DNA from: Dethiosulfovibrio peptidovorans
GTDB lineage: Bacteria > Synergistota > Synergistia > Synergistales > Dethiosulfovibrionaceae
DNA length: 64,000 nt
Assembly (NCBI GenBank): GCA_002748665.1
Contig: PDTB01000031.1
Coordinates: forward strand, 890 to 64,889
Reading direction: 5' to 3'
Positions 52,781-60,923 of this stretch are shown here, one piece after another. Each line of letters starts with the position of its first letter. The stretch's first letter is position 1. A program made the position numbers and the translations under genes. The notes beneath the pieces are model-generated. The model was not told the DNA's origin and did not search any database. It saw nothing but the letters and a program-made list of their open reading frames with translations.

Positions 52781-54837
52781 GAGAGAGCCACTTCCTCCTG
52801 GGGAGTCGCAGAGACCTTGACCTCATCGTCGGCTTGGGACTCGGCTGCGCAGATGGGGCAATAGTGGTGTTCTCCCGACAGATAGCCATGAATAGGACAG
52901 ATACTGAAGGTCGGCGTGATGGTGAAATAGGGTATCCGATAGTTCTCGGCAATTCGGCGGACGAGCTTTTTCGTGCTGGCTCCGTTGGGAAGACGCTCAC
53001 CTAAGAAGCCGTGAAAAACCGTTCCACCAGTATACACCGTCTGGAGACCCTCCTGAAGATCCAGAGCGTCGAAGATGTCATCGGTAGCCGTTACCGGAAG
53101 CTGAGAAGAGTTGGTGTAGTAGGGATCGGCCCCTTGGGAGACTGAATCCTGATTTGCGCACATAATTCGGTCGCCAAAGAGGTCCTTGTCGGCTTTGGCG
53201 AAACGGTAGGTAACTCCCTCTGCGGGTGTAGCCTCTAAGTTGTAGAGAGAACCGCTTTCCTCCTGATAGTCGGCCATCCGGTTTTTCATGGCTTCCATTA
53301 CCTTTTGGGAAAAGGCGATGGCTCGTGAGGACGTCAGGTCTTCTCCCAAAAAGTTGAGCATGGCCTCATTCATCCCGTTGAGACCGATGGTGTTGAAATG
53401 GTTGTTCCAGTATCTCCCCGAATCGTCCTTTACAGCTCTGAGATAGAACTTGGAATACGGGTAGAGATTGGCGTCGGTGAGTTTTTCCAGGATTTTTCTC
53501 TTGATGCTCAGGCTTTCTTGGGCCGAGTCCATGAGGTCGAAGGTCCGCTGGACAAACTCGTCTTCGTCTTTAGCCAGAAAACCGATTCGGGCCATGTTCA
53601 GGGTCACCACTCCGATGGAGCCCGTCATGGGGTTGGAACCGAAAAGAGCACCGCCCCTCTTTCGGAGTTCTCTGTTGTCCAGCCGAAGCCGGCAGCACAT
53701 GGAGCGGGCATCGTCGGGATCCATGTCCGAGTTGATGAAGTTGGAGAAGTAGGGTATGCCGTATTTGGCCGTCATCTCCCAAAGAGGTTCCAGGGTGGTG
53801 TTTTCCCAGTCGAAATCGCTGGTCACGTTGTAGGTCGGGATGGGAAAAGTAAAGACCTTCCCTCGAGCGTCGCCCTCGATCATGACCTCGGCGAAGGCCC
53901 TGTTGATCATGTCCATCTCAGTCTGAAATTCACCGAAGGTCTTATCTATGAATTGGCCACCAATCACAGCAGGCCAGCCCCGGAAGGAGTGAGGTGGCGT
54001 TAAATCCATGGTGATGTTGGTAAAGGGTGTTTGAAAGCCCACCCGAGTCGGAACATTTAAGTTGAACACGAATTCCTGGATGGCTTGCCGAACCTCTGGG
54101 TAGGACAGGCTGTCAAAGTGGACAAAGGGAGCCAGGTAGGTGTCGAAGTTGGAAAAGGCCTGAGCTCCTGCTGCCTCGCCCTGGAGGGTATAGAAGAAGT
54201 TGACGATCTGCCCCAGGGCACTGCGAAAGTGTTTGGGCGGACGACTCCCGATCTTGGTACTAACTCCGGTGAATCCACTGAGAAGAAGGTCCTGGAGATC
54301 CCATCCGCAGCAGTATACCGACAGGTTACTCAGGTCGTGAATGTGGAAGTCACCGGACATATGGTGTTCCCGGATGGACGGGGGATATATCTCGCTTAAC
54401 CAGTATTGGGCCGTGATTTCCGATGCGATGTAGTTGTTCAGTCCCTGAAGGGAGTAGCTCATGTTACTGTTCTCATTGACCTTCCAGTCCAGTTTGTTCA
54501 GGTATTGGCCGACCATCTCCACGGCACCGCCCAGAAGCTGTCGGGTGTCCCGAAGCCTGGCGTGTTGTTGACGATAGAGAATATAGGCTTTGGCGATGTC
54601 GGCGTAGCCCTTTTCGATAAGGATTTTTTCCACCAGATCCTGGACTTGTTCGACCGAGGGAGAACCATCCCGGCTGAAGAAGATTCCCAAGTATGACTCG
54701 GCCTGACGGGTCACGGCCTCTCCAATCTGATGGTCATGGATATCAACAGCAGCTGCGGCTTTCATGACCGCCTTGGTGATCCGATCAGCTTCAAAAGGGA
54801 CCTCCCTGCCGTCTCGTTTTCGAATGTGCCTGACCAT
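52777..54837 (-). CDS. nrdD: Anaerobic (class III) ribonucleoside-triphosphate reductase core with ATP-cone and zinc ribbon, lacking the C-terminal glycyl-radical loop
   Basis: ATP-cone (IRKRDGREVPFEADRITKAV), class III core (LYNLEATPAEG, YTGGTVFHGFLGE) and a Zn ribbon (SICPIHGY...HHYCPIC). The ORF ends 23 aa later with no RxxG[YF]. Confidence 0.9.
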   Translation of the reverse strand: MVRHIRKRDGREVPFEADRITKAVMKAAAAVDIHDHQIGEAVTRQAESYLGIFFSRDGSPSVEQVQDLVEKILIEKGYADIAKAYILYRQQHARLRDTRQLLGGAVEMVGQYLNKLDWKVNENSNMSYSLQGLNNYIASEITAQYWLSEIYPPSIREHHMSGDFHIHDLSNLSVYCCGWDLQDLLLSGFTGVSTKIGSRPPKHFRSALGQIVNFFYTLQGEAAGAQAFSNFDTYLAPFVHFDSLSYPEVRQAIQEFVFNLNVPTRVGFQTPFTNITMDLTPPHSFRGWPAVIGGQFIDKTFGEFQTEMDMINRAFAEVMIEGDARGKVFTFPIPTYNVTSDFDWENTTLEPLWEMTAKYGIPYFSNFINSDMDPDDARSMCCRLRLDNRELRKRGGALFGSNPMTGSIGVVTLNMARIGFLAKDEDEFVQRTFDLMDSAQESLSIKRKILEKLTDANLYPYSKFYLRAVKDDSGRYWNNHFNTIGLNGMNEAMLNFLGEDLTSSRAIAFSQKVMEAMKNRMADYQEESGSLYNLEATPAEGVTYRFAKADKDLFGDRIMCANQDSVSQGADPYYTNSSQLPVTATDDIFDALDLQEGLQTVYTGGTVFHGFLGERLPNGASTKKLVRRIAENYRIPYFTITPTFSICPIHGYLSGEHHYCPICAAESQADDEVKVSATPQEEVALS

Positions 54838-54883
54838 TACGTCACGTCCTTTACAGAGGGTATGTCGATAAAAAATGGAGAAA

Positions 54884-54919
54884 GCGCTATATCAAGCGCA
54901 TCTCCATTTATAGTACACC
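54884..54919. promoter_or_regulatory. Two AT-centred quasi-palindromes upstream of nrdD (GCGCTATATCAAGCGC and CCATTTATAGTACACC), weak NrdR-box-like candidates
   Basis: Centres are 20 bp apart. The central CTATATCAAG resembles the CwAtATaTwG core of NrdR boxes as I recall it. The second box is a poor match. Confidence 0.25.
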
Positions 54920-54958
54920 ATAACAAGGGTGGGGTCCAGGGCAAAATCAAACTTTTTT

Positions 54959-55135
54959 CTAGTTGCCTCCCATAGAGGGGATGATCCAAGCCATGATCAA
55001 AAAACTAATTCCCGCCACGATATCGAGCAGAGCCTTGAAGGCTCGGCCACTCCTGTGCCACTGAATGCCCATACGAATCATGAACAGGCCACACAGCGTG
55101 AGAATGACTGGGGCAACCCATCGGACAAAAATCAT
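54959..55135 (-). CDS. Small 2-TM membrane protein (58 aa): MIFVRWVAPVILTLCGLFMIRMGIQWHRSGRAFKALLDIVAGISFLIMAWIIPSMGGN
   Basis: Hand-translated and below the ORF-track cutoff. The GGGGGA RBS overlaps the stop of the upstream SprA-related gene (9-nt gap). Confidence 0.5.
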   Translation of the reverse strand: MIFVRWVAPVILTLCGLFMIRMGIQWHRSGRAFKALLDIVAGISFLIMAWIIPSMGGN

Positions 55136-55144
55136 AAGTTCCCC

Positions 55145-55954
55145 CTAAGCTGCCAAGGAGAGGGTTTCCTCTCGAAAAGATGGTATGCTCGAATAGGCTT
55201 TTGTCGCTTGGCGCTGAGCCAACTCTTGTCTGGCCTGAACGGCCTTACTGTTTGCCTCTGCCGCTACGGCGAGATCCTTGCCCGAAGGCGAATGAGGCGC
55301 CAGGGCTGCAGATTGTACCCGCTGCATGAGGCGGATGGTTTCCTCAGGTGTTGAGCCATTTGGGACAGAGATAGGTAGCCGACCGGCTACGGCGTACTGC
55401 TGACCGTTAGGGCCCTTGACGTAGTCGTATGTGACTATCCCGGTGAAGGGAGCTCCTGCTCGTTGGTGAGCTGCTTCGTGGGTTTTGACCTCTCGATCAC
55501 GAGCATCCAGACGATCTATAACCTGATCCCGGGCGTTTTTTCGAGAATGCGCCCCCTTGTAAATCTCCTGAAGGTCTTCGTAGGATCGCTCGGCCTTCTT
55601 AACCATCAGACGGCTTGGGACCGATCCGGCGTAGAGCCCCAGATCCTTCATAATATCCTCGGGGGCCGAGATCGATACATCTGCGCCGACGATGTAGCGT
55701 TTTCCGTCGGGACCGATCACGTATTGATATGAGACTGACGAGACGTATCGACCTCCTCGGGCTCGAAGCATCCGTTCCATAGAGCGGATGGTCTCCTCTG
55801 ATTGTTTCAATTTTACGCTGCTCTGCTCGCCTCGAACGGTCCCGTTTTTCAAACTACTTGGGCGATAGTCGCGGCGGAATGCTCTCGTTCGGTCAAAAAA
55901 AGGCGGTTGCGCTGGGATAGCTATACCATTTGCCAGCAAAGGAGTCAGCGTCAT
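55145..55954 (-). CDS. SprA-related family protein / putative metalloprotease with HExxH
   Basis: Two repeats of the YxY..GPDGK.Y..G.... module (SYQYVIGPDGKRYIVGADVSI; TYDYVKGPNGQQYAVAGRLPI) and REVKTHEAAHQ (HEAAH). Start set at MTLTPL after the GAGGTG RBS (the ORF track starts at 56011). Confidence 0.7.
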   Translation of the reverse strand: MTLTPLLANGIAIPAQPPFFDRTRAFRRDYRPSSLKNGTVRGEQSSVKLKQSEETIRSMERMLRARGGRYVSSVSYQYVIGPDGKRYIVGADVSISAPEDIMKDLGLYAGSVPSRLMVKKAERSYEDLQEIYKGAHSRKNARDQVIDRLDARDREVKTHEAAHQRAGAPFTGIVTYDYVKGPNGQQYAVAGRLPISVPNGSTPEETIRLMQRVQSAALAPHSPSGKDLAVAAEANSKAVQARQELAQRQATKAYSSIPSFREETLSLAA

Positions 55955-56212
55955 GGTCGTCACCTCGCATGTTCCCAATTTCTCTTTATTGTAAACTGTC
56001 TTCGAGGTCATGTACAGACGAACTCGATTCTCACATCTGATCGAAGGCTACGAGTGAACTGTTTGAGTTGTCGCTTCTGCCTATTTGTATTACTATGACT
56101 CGTGTTTAGTGGAGAAATAAATGTTCAGAAGAGAATATGTGTGTCGATCTGGCCGATTTGGCGATGATCGGCAACCGCTCTGTCGTTATTGATCTGATAA
56201 GGGGTGTTCTTG

Positions 56213-56572
56213 ATGAGAAAAACGGTTCTTGGACTCGTGGCTGTTTTGGGAAGTGTTCTTTTGGCTCAGGCGGCACTGGCTTTGACCTTTGACATGTCGC
56301 CGGAAGTACGAAAAAGCTTGCTTGAAGCTCAAAAAAAGGGAGATCTCTATCTGAGGTGGGGAACCTATAAGGGGACCTGATGTGAGAGACCGTCGGTCCT
56401 GGTTCAGGGTCCTCCTCTGTCTTATCTTGATGCCTACATTCCCGTAGAAGATAAGGGACTTACCCTTCATATTGATCGGAAGTTCCGTTTCATCAACGAC
56501 GTTGTGTCCATTGAGGAGAAAAATTATAAACGGGTGCCCGTGTTTATCTGTACCTCGCTCATGAATTCCTGA
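56213..56572 (+). CDS. Secreted small protein with in-frame TGA (56378-56380) directly followed by Cys: candidate Sec-Cys selenoprotein, or a pseudogene
   Basis: AAGGGG RBS and signal peptide MRKTVLGLVAVLGSVLLAQAALA. 55 codons, then TGA, then 63 further sense codons in the same frame to TGA at 56570. The ORF fills the gap up to the convergent gene at 56582. Confidence 0.5.
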
Positions 56573-56581
56573 GGGAGGGTA

Positions 56582-57427
56582 TCAGGGCGATTCGGCACAA
56601 GGGCCGGAGAGTGACAGAACGACCATGTCGTGGTCGGGATGTTGCCGTCTTCGCGAGCTTCGTCGGGGTATTGCCGTCTCAACCGTGAATATTCGCCAGT
56701 TTATATGGGGCCACAGGTTGGCATAGCCGATGTGGTCGATAGTACAGTGAAGGTCGTCGTAGGTCACGTCTCCCGAGAGGGGAAACAGCTTAAAGTTGGC
56801 CCCTGGAACTGCGACGGAGTTGAAATCCCCCAGTATAAACAGGGGGCCGGTGATTTCTCGGACATGTTGGTTGAGTTGAACGATCTGTGCCTGGCGGAGA
56901 CCGTTGTTCATAGCAAGAGCTGCCAATGTGTCGGAGGCGTTTTTGACGCCCCAGCTCCTGAGATGAACGTTAACCATGGTGAAGGTTTTTTGAGTGTGTT
57001 TTTCCCTGAACACGCCTTTGAGCGGCGGACGACGAAAAAGGAGACAGTCCTTCCCCTTCCAGTTGATGCGTTTATGCGCATCCATAAGTTCTACTGGTTT
57101 TTCAAGCGCGATCTCCTGGGGGTGCCATATAAAATAGCGATCCTGTCTACTTGGCGTGTCGATGCCTGAAAAACGCCATCCAGGCAGGAATGTGGAGACA
57201 AATCGTTCCATTGTCTTATCGTTATCGACTTCCTGGAGGGCGACGACTTGGACGCCTGAGGCGATAATTTTTTCAGCGAGGTATCGACAGTCTTCTGCCG
57301 TATATCTTTGCTTTCCCGAGAGGGTAAAATACTCCATGTTGAACGTTCCGATGGACACCCCCCAGGCCCCACATGTCGGGAGCAGCAGGAGTATAACCAG
57401 AAATACGTAAGCTTTTTTGACACGCAC
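56582..57427 (-). CDS. Secreted endonuclease/exonuclease/phosphatase (EEP) family protein
   Basis: Signal peptide plus the EEP motifs FNMEYF, VVALQEV, GDFNS, DHI, PDHDMVV. Confidence 0.8.
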   Translation of the reverse strand: MRVKKAYVFLVILLLLPTCGAWGVSIGTFNMEYFTLSGKQRYTAEDCRYLAEKIIASGVQVVALQEVDNDKTMERFVSTFLPGWRFSGIDTPSRQDRYFIWHPQEIALEKPVELMDAHKRINWKGKDCLLFRRPPLKGVFREKHTQKTFTMVNVHLRSWGVKNASDTLAALAMNNGLRQAQIVQLNQHVREITGPLFILGDFNSVAVPGANFKLFPLSGDVTYDDLHCTIDHIGYANLWPHINWRIFTVETAIPRRSSRRRQHPDHDMVVLSLSGPCAESP

Positions 57428-57614
57428 TGGTTCGATCAGTCCTCTCTTTTTATATTATCTCCTTATAGTACCATCCTCTTTGGGTCACGCCATATTTTTA
57501 GCAGGAGATTATGAAAGAGACGTGTCCTGATAGATTTTGGAAAGGTGGCGATCGTTTGGTAGAAAAGTGTCTCGGTGATCTTGTGCCCTTGCGAGTTCAA
57601 GAGGAAGGCTTTGC

Positions 57615-58907
57615 ATGGATTTGAAGGCATGGCTCTCGGTTGTCGTGTTCGTCTTCACGATCCTGTCCATTGCGCGAGGATGGATGAAGGCTAGTACGGC
57701 GACTCTCCTCGGAGCCTCTATGATGATGTTGTTTCGTTTGGTGCCGGGGACGGCAGCGGAGCAATATATTGACACCAACACCATAGGACTTTTGGTCGGC
57801 ATGATGGTAGTGGTAGGCGTTTTGTCAAAGACGGGGCTTTTTCAGTTTATCGCCGTCAAGGCCATCAAGGTGACCAGAGGCAGCGGGGTGCTCATTTTGC
57901 TGGCTATCTCTCTGATCACGGCGATCCTTTCTGCCTTTTTAGACAACGTAACCACGGTTTTATTGGTCAGTCCTGTGGTGGTCTCCTTGGCCGACCTCAT
58001 CAAGATGAACCCTCTTCCCCTGTTGCTTGGCGAGGTCATATCGTCCAACATCGGTGGTACAGCCACCCTGATTGGCGATCCACCTAATATGATTATTGGT
58101 TCCTTCGCTGGATTTTCCTTCAATGATTTTTTGGTGCACCTTGCTCCTTTGGTCTCTGTCGTTTGGTGCTGCATTATGGTTTTTCTCTGCTGGTACTATC
58201 GCTCTGACCTTGCGTCCGATTCTGAGGTCACGAAGCGCCTGGCCGAGGTGGATGAGGGGCGACTCATACGAGATAAACGATTGCTGATTCTGTCGAGTGT
58301 CGTCATGCTGCTGGTCCTGATGGGATTTATCCTTCATCATCATTTGGGATTGAGCGCCTCAGTTGTAGCTCTATCCGCCGCTGGAGTTTTGCTGGCTATC
58401 TCTCATCTGGACGATGGGGAGATCGTCCATCAAGAGGTGGAGTGGCCCACCATCGTGTATTTCGTATCGTTGTTTATTCTGGTGGGAGGACTACAGGAGA
58501 ATGGTGTTATTTTGTCTCTGGCCGAGATTCTCACTCGAGTGTTGTCCGTTAGTCCCATGTTTATGGTCTTGGGTGTTTTGTGGATTTCCGGGTTGGCCTG
58601 TGTGTTTGTCAACAATGTAGCCTTCGCTGCTATGTTCGTCCACGTCGTCAGCGAGATGGCCAAGAGTGTCGGTATGGCTCCCGATCCCTTATTCTGGTCT
58701 TTGGCGTTGGGATCCTGCCTCGGAGGGAACGGCAGTTATCTTGGTGCTGCCGCTAACGCTGTTTTGGCGGACTTCGCTGGTCGAAGTGGGATCCCTATTT
58801 CTTTCGGAGCGTTTTTAGCCGTGGGGCTCAAAACGGTATTTCTCTCTCTTGTGGTGGTCAGCTGTTTTTTGTACTTGATCTATTGGGATCTTCCAGCCTT
58901 TTCGTGA
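57615..58907 (+). CDS. ArsB/NhaD-superfamily anion permease (CitMHS/P-protein-like)
   Basis: About 11 TM segments. Repeated SAFLDNVTTV and NNVAFAAMF type motifs characteristic of the ArsB/NhaD fold. Confidence 0.75.
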   Translation: MDLKAWLSVVVFVFTILSIARGWMKASTATLLGASMMMLFRLVPGTAAEQYIDTNTIGLLVGMMVVVGVLSKTGLFQFIAVKAIKVTRGSGVLILLAISLITAILSAFLDNVTTVLLVSPVVVSLADLIKMNPLPLLLGEVISSNIGGTATLIGDPPNMIIGSFAGFSFNDFLVHLAPLVSVVWCCIMVFLCWYYRSDLASDSEVTKRLAEVDEGRLIRDKRLLILSSVVMLLVLMGFILHHHLGLSASVVALSAAGVLLAISHLDDGEIVHQEVEWPTIVYFVSLFILVGGLQENGVILSLAEILTRVLSVSPMFMVLGVLWISGLACVFVNNVAFAAMFVHVVSEMAKSVGMAPDPLFWSLALGSCLGGNGSYLGAAANAVLADFAGRSGIPISFGAFLAVGLKTVFLSLVVVSCFLYLIYWDLPAFS

Positions 58908-58972
58908 TCGGGAAAAAAACGGTTTCATGGATTGTAGAAGAAAGCTGTACAATCTTAAAAGGAGGGAATGTC

Positions 58973-59446
58973 ATGAAAGTAGGCGACCTGATCGACAGAG
59001 ATCTGTCCGCGTTGTCAGAGAGCTGTCCCGTCTCAGAGGCCATCGAGATCTTGTACCGCCACAAAGCCTCAGGTCTTCCCGTTTTGAGTGATACAGACGA
59101 GCTCGTGGGGTTTATCAGCGAAAAGGACATTATCAAAGCTGCTTTGCCTGGATATGCCCACATGCTGGAGGATTCGTCCTTCCTCCCGGACTACGGCCAG
59201 TTCAGTTCCCGGCTTCAGGCCATCTCGTCGGATCCTGTGAGCAAATACATGAAGACAGATGTGATCACTTTCAACGAGGATGATAGTGATTTTTACGTGG
59301 CTGACATGGTGATCAAGGACAACATTAAAATTGCTCCGGTCCTTCGGGACGGACGGCTCATCGGTGTTGTCAGCCGATCCCATCTTGTGCGCCATCTTCT
59401 TCTTCATCCAGAGGACGTGGACGAGGCGCTGAAACAAAAAAACTAA
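58973..59446 (+). CDS. CBS-domain pair protein
   Basis: Two CBS repeats (VSEAIEILYRHKASGLPVLSDTDELVGFISEKDI; ...IAPVLRDGRLIGVVSRSHL). AGGAGGG RBS before the ATG at 58973. Confidence 0.8.
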   Translation: MKVGDLIDRDLSALSESCPVSEAIEILYRHKASGLPVLSDTDELVGFISEKDIIKAALPGYAHMLEDSSFLPDYGQFSSRLQAISSDPVSKYMKTDVITFNEDDSDFYVADMVIKDNIKIAPVLRDGRLIGVVSRSHLVRHLLLHPEDVDEALKQKN

Positions 59447-59460
59447 ACCGGACAAAAGAC

Positions 59461-59495
59461 GGCGACGAGGGGAGTTCTCCCTCGTCGCCGTTTTG
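59461..59495. terminator. Terminator hairpin between the convergent CBS and nfnB-like genes
   Basis: GGCGACGAGGGG-agttc-TCCCTCGTCGCC followed by GTTTTG. Confidence 0.7.
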
Positions 59496-59507
59496 ATCTT
59501 CACGGGA

Positions 59508-60923
59508 TTATTGTGCCGCTTTGTTTGAGAGGTACTCGTCGATGGCCTGAGCAGCTGTTTTTCCTGCCCCCATGGCCAGGATAACCGTGGCAGCTCCGGT
59601 GACGATGTCACCACCAGCGTAGACACCTTCTACAGAAGTGCCACCTCCCAGGGCTTCATCAGCCTCTATATATCCTCGCTTGGTTACCTTCAACTCCGGC
59701 CAGGCGTCCATGAGCACTCTGTTCGAGCTTTGTCCGATTGCTTCTATTACTGTGTCAGCCTCCATGACGAACTCACTTCCCTGAATCGGTTGAGGTCTCC
59801 GGCGTCCAGAGCTGTCGGGTTCTCCAAGTTCCATGCGGATAAACTTGACCTCGCAGACTTTGTTGTTCTCCTGAGAAAGGTACTCCAGGGGGGCTGTCAG
59901 GAAGTTAAATTGAACCCCCTCTTCTACAGCGTGATGATATTCCTCAATTCGAGCAGGAAGCTCATTCTCGGATCGTCTGTAGGCGACAGTAACCGACTCC
60001 GCACCAAGGCGAAGGGCTGATCGGGCAGCGTCCATGGCGACATTTCCCCCTCCGATAACGACGACGTGCCTGGACTTCTTGATGGGCGTGTCGTATTTGG
60101 GAAATTCGTAGCCGTGCATCAGGTTGATTCTGGTGAGGTACTCGCTTGCTGAGAAAATCCCGTTAAGATTCGTGCCGGGAACGCCGGAGAAATTGGGTGT
60201 ACCAGCCCCGGTGGCGATATATATGGAATCGTATTCTTTAAGGAGCTCCTCAACCGGAAGAGTCCTTCCAACGAGAACGTTCATCTCAAAGGAGACGCCC
60301 ATGTCCTTGATGTTTTCGATCTCCCTCTGGACGATGGACTTAGGAAGTCGGAACTCGGGGATCCCGTACATCAAAACGCCTCCTGGAGCGTGAAGGGCTT
60401 CGAAGACAGTGACCCCATATCCCCGTTTCCTTAGCTCACCGGCAACGGTGAGGCTCGAAGGGCCGGATCCAACGACGGCGACCTTCCCCTTGCCGTTGTA
60501 CGGAATCTGGGGAATCTCCTGTTTCGCTTGGTCGGCTTTCCAGTCGGCGATGAAACGCTCCAACTTGCCGATGGCCACGGGCTCGCTCCCCTTGATTTTG
60601 CCCATGGTACATGGACCTTCGCACTGGTTTTCCTGAGGGCAGACCCGACCGCATACCGCAGGAAGGGCGGTGGATTGGGATAAAATTTCCCAGGCGGAAT
60701 TGAAGTCTCTCTCCTTGATTTTTCCGATAAAGCCCGGGATATCGATGGACACGGGGCAGCCTTTTACACACGGTGCGTTTTTGCAGTTGAGGCAGCGAGA
60801 TGCCTCTTGAACGGCTTCCTCCTCGGTATAGCCAAAACATACCTCTTTAAAGTTGCGGGCACGAATTTCTGGAGCCTGCTCCCCTATGGGCGTTCTCTGA
60901 CGGCAAATAGCCATATCGATCAA
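59508..60923 (-). CDS. nfnB: NADPH-dependent glutamate-synthase-small-subunit-like oxidoreductase (NfnB/SudA/GltD type)
   Basis: N-terminal 2x[4Fe-4S] Cys motifs (CLNCKNAPC...GCP; CGRVCPQENQCEGPC) and two Rossmann motifs (VAVVGSGPSS; VVVIGGGNVAMD). Confidence 0.8.
   Translation of the reverse strand: MIDMAICRQRTPIGEQAPEIRARNFKEVCFGYTEEEAVQEASRCLNCKNAPCVKGCPVSIDIPGFIGKIKERDFNSAWEILSQSTALPAVCGRVCPQENQCEGPCTMGKIKGSEPVAIGKLERFIADWKADQAKQEIPQIPYNGKGKVAVVGSGPSSLTVAGELRKRGYGVTVFEALHAPGGVLMYGIPEFRLPKSIVQREIENIKDMGVSFEMNVLVGRTLPVEELLKEYDSIYIATGAGTPNFSGVPGTNLNGIFSASEYLTRINLMHGYEFPKYDTPIKKSRHVVVIGGGNVAMDAARSALRLGAESVTVAYRRSENELPARIEEYHHAVEEGVQFNFLTAPLEYLSQENNKVCEVKFIRMELGEPDSSGRRRPQPIQGSEFVMEADTVIEAIGQSSNRVLMDAWPELKVTKRGYIEADEALGGGTSVEGVYAGGDIVTGAATVILAMGAGKTAAQAIDEYLSNKAAQ

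Noticed and set aside
54929-55354. 141-aa plus-strand ORF
   Set aside because: It overlaps both the 58-aa membrane ORF and the SprA-related gene on the opposite strand, and has no RBS or motif.
56186-56470. 94-aa minus-strand ORF
   Set aside because: It is antisense to the signal-peptide/UGA ORF, has no RBS, and reads as low-complexity sequence.
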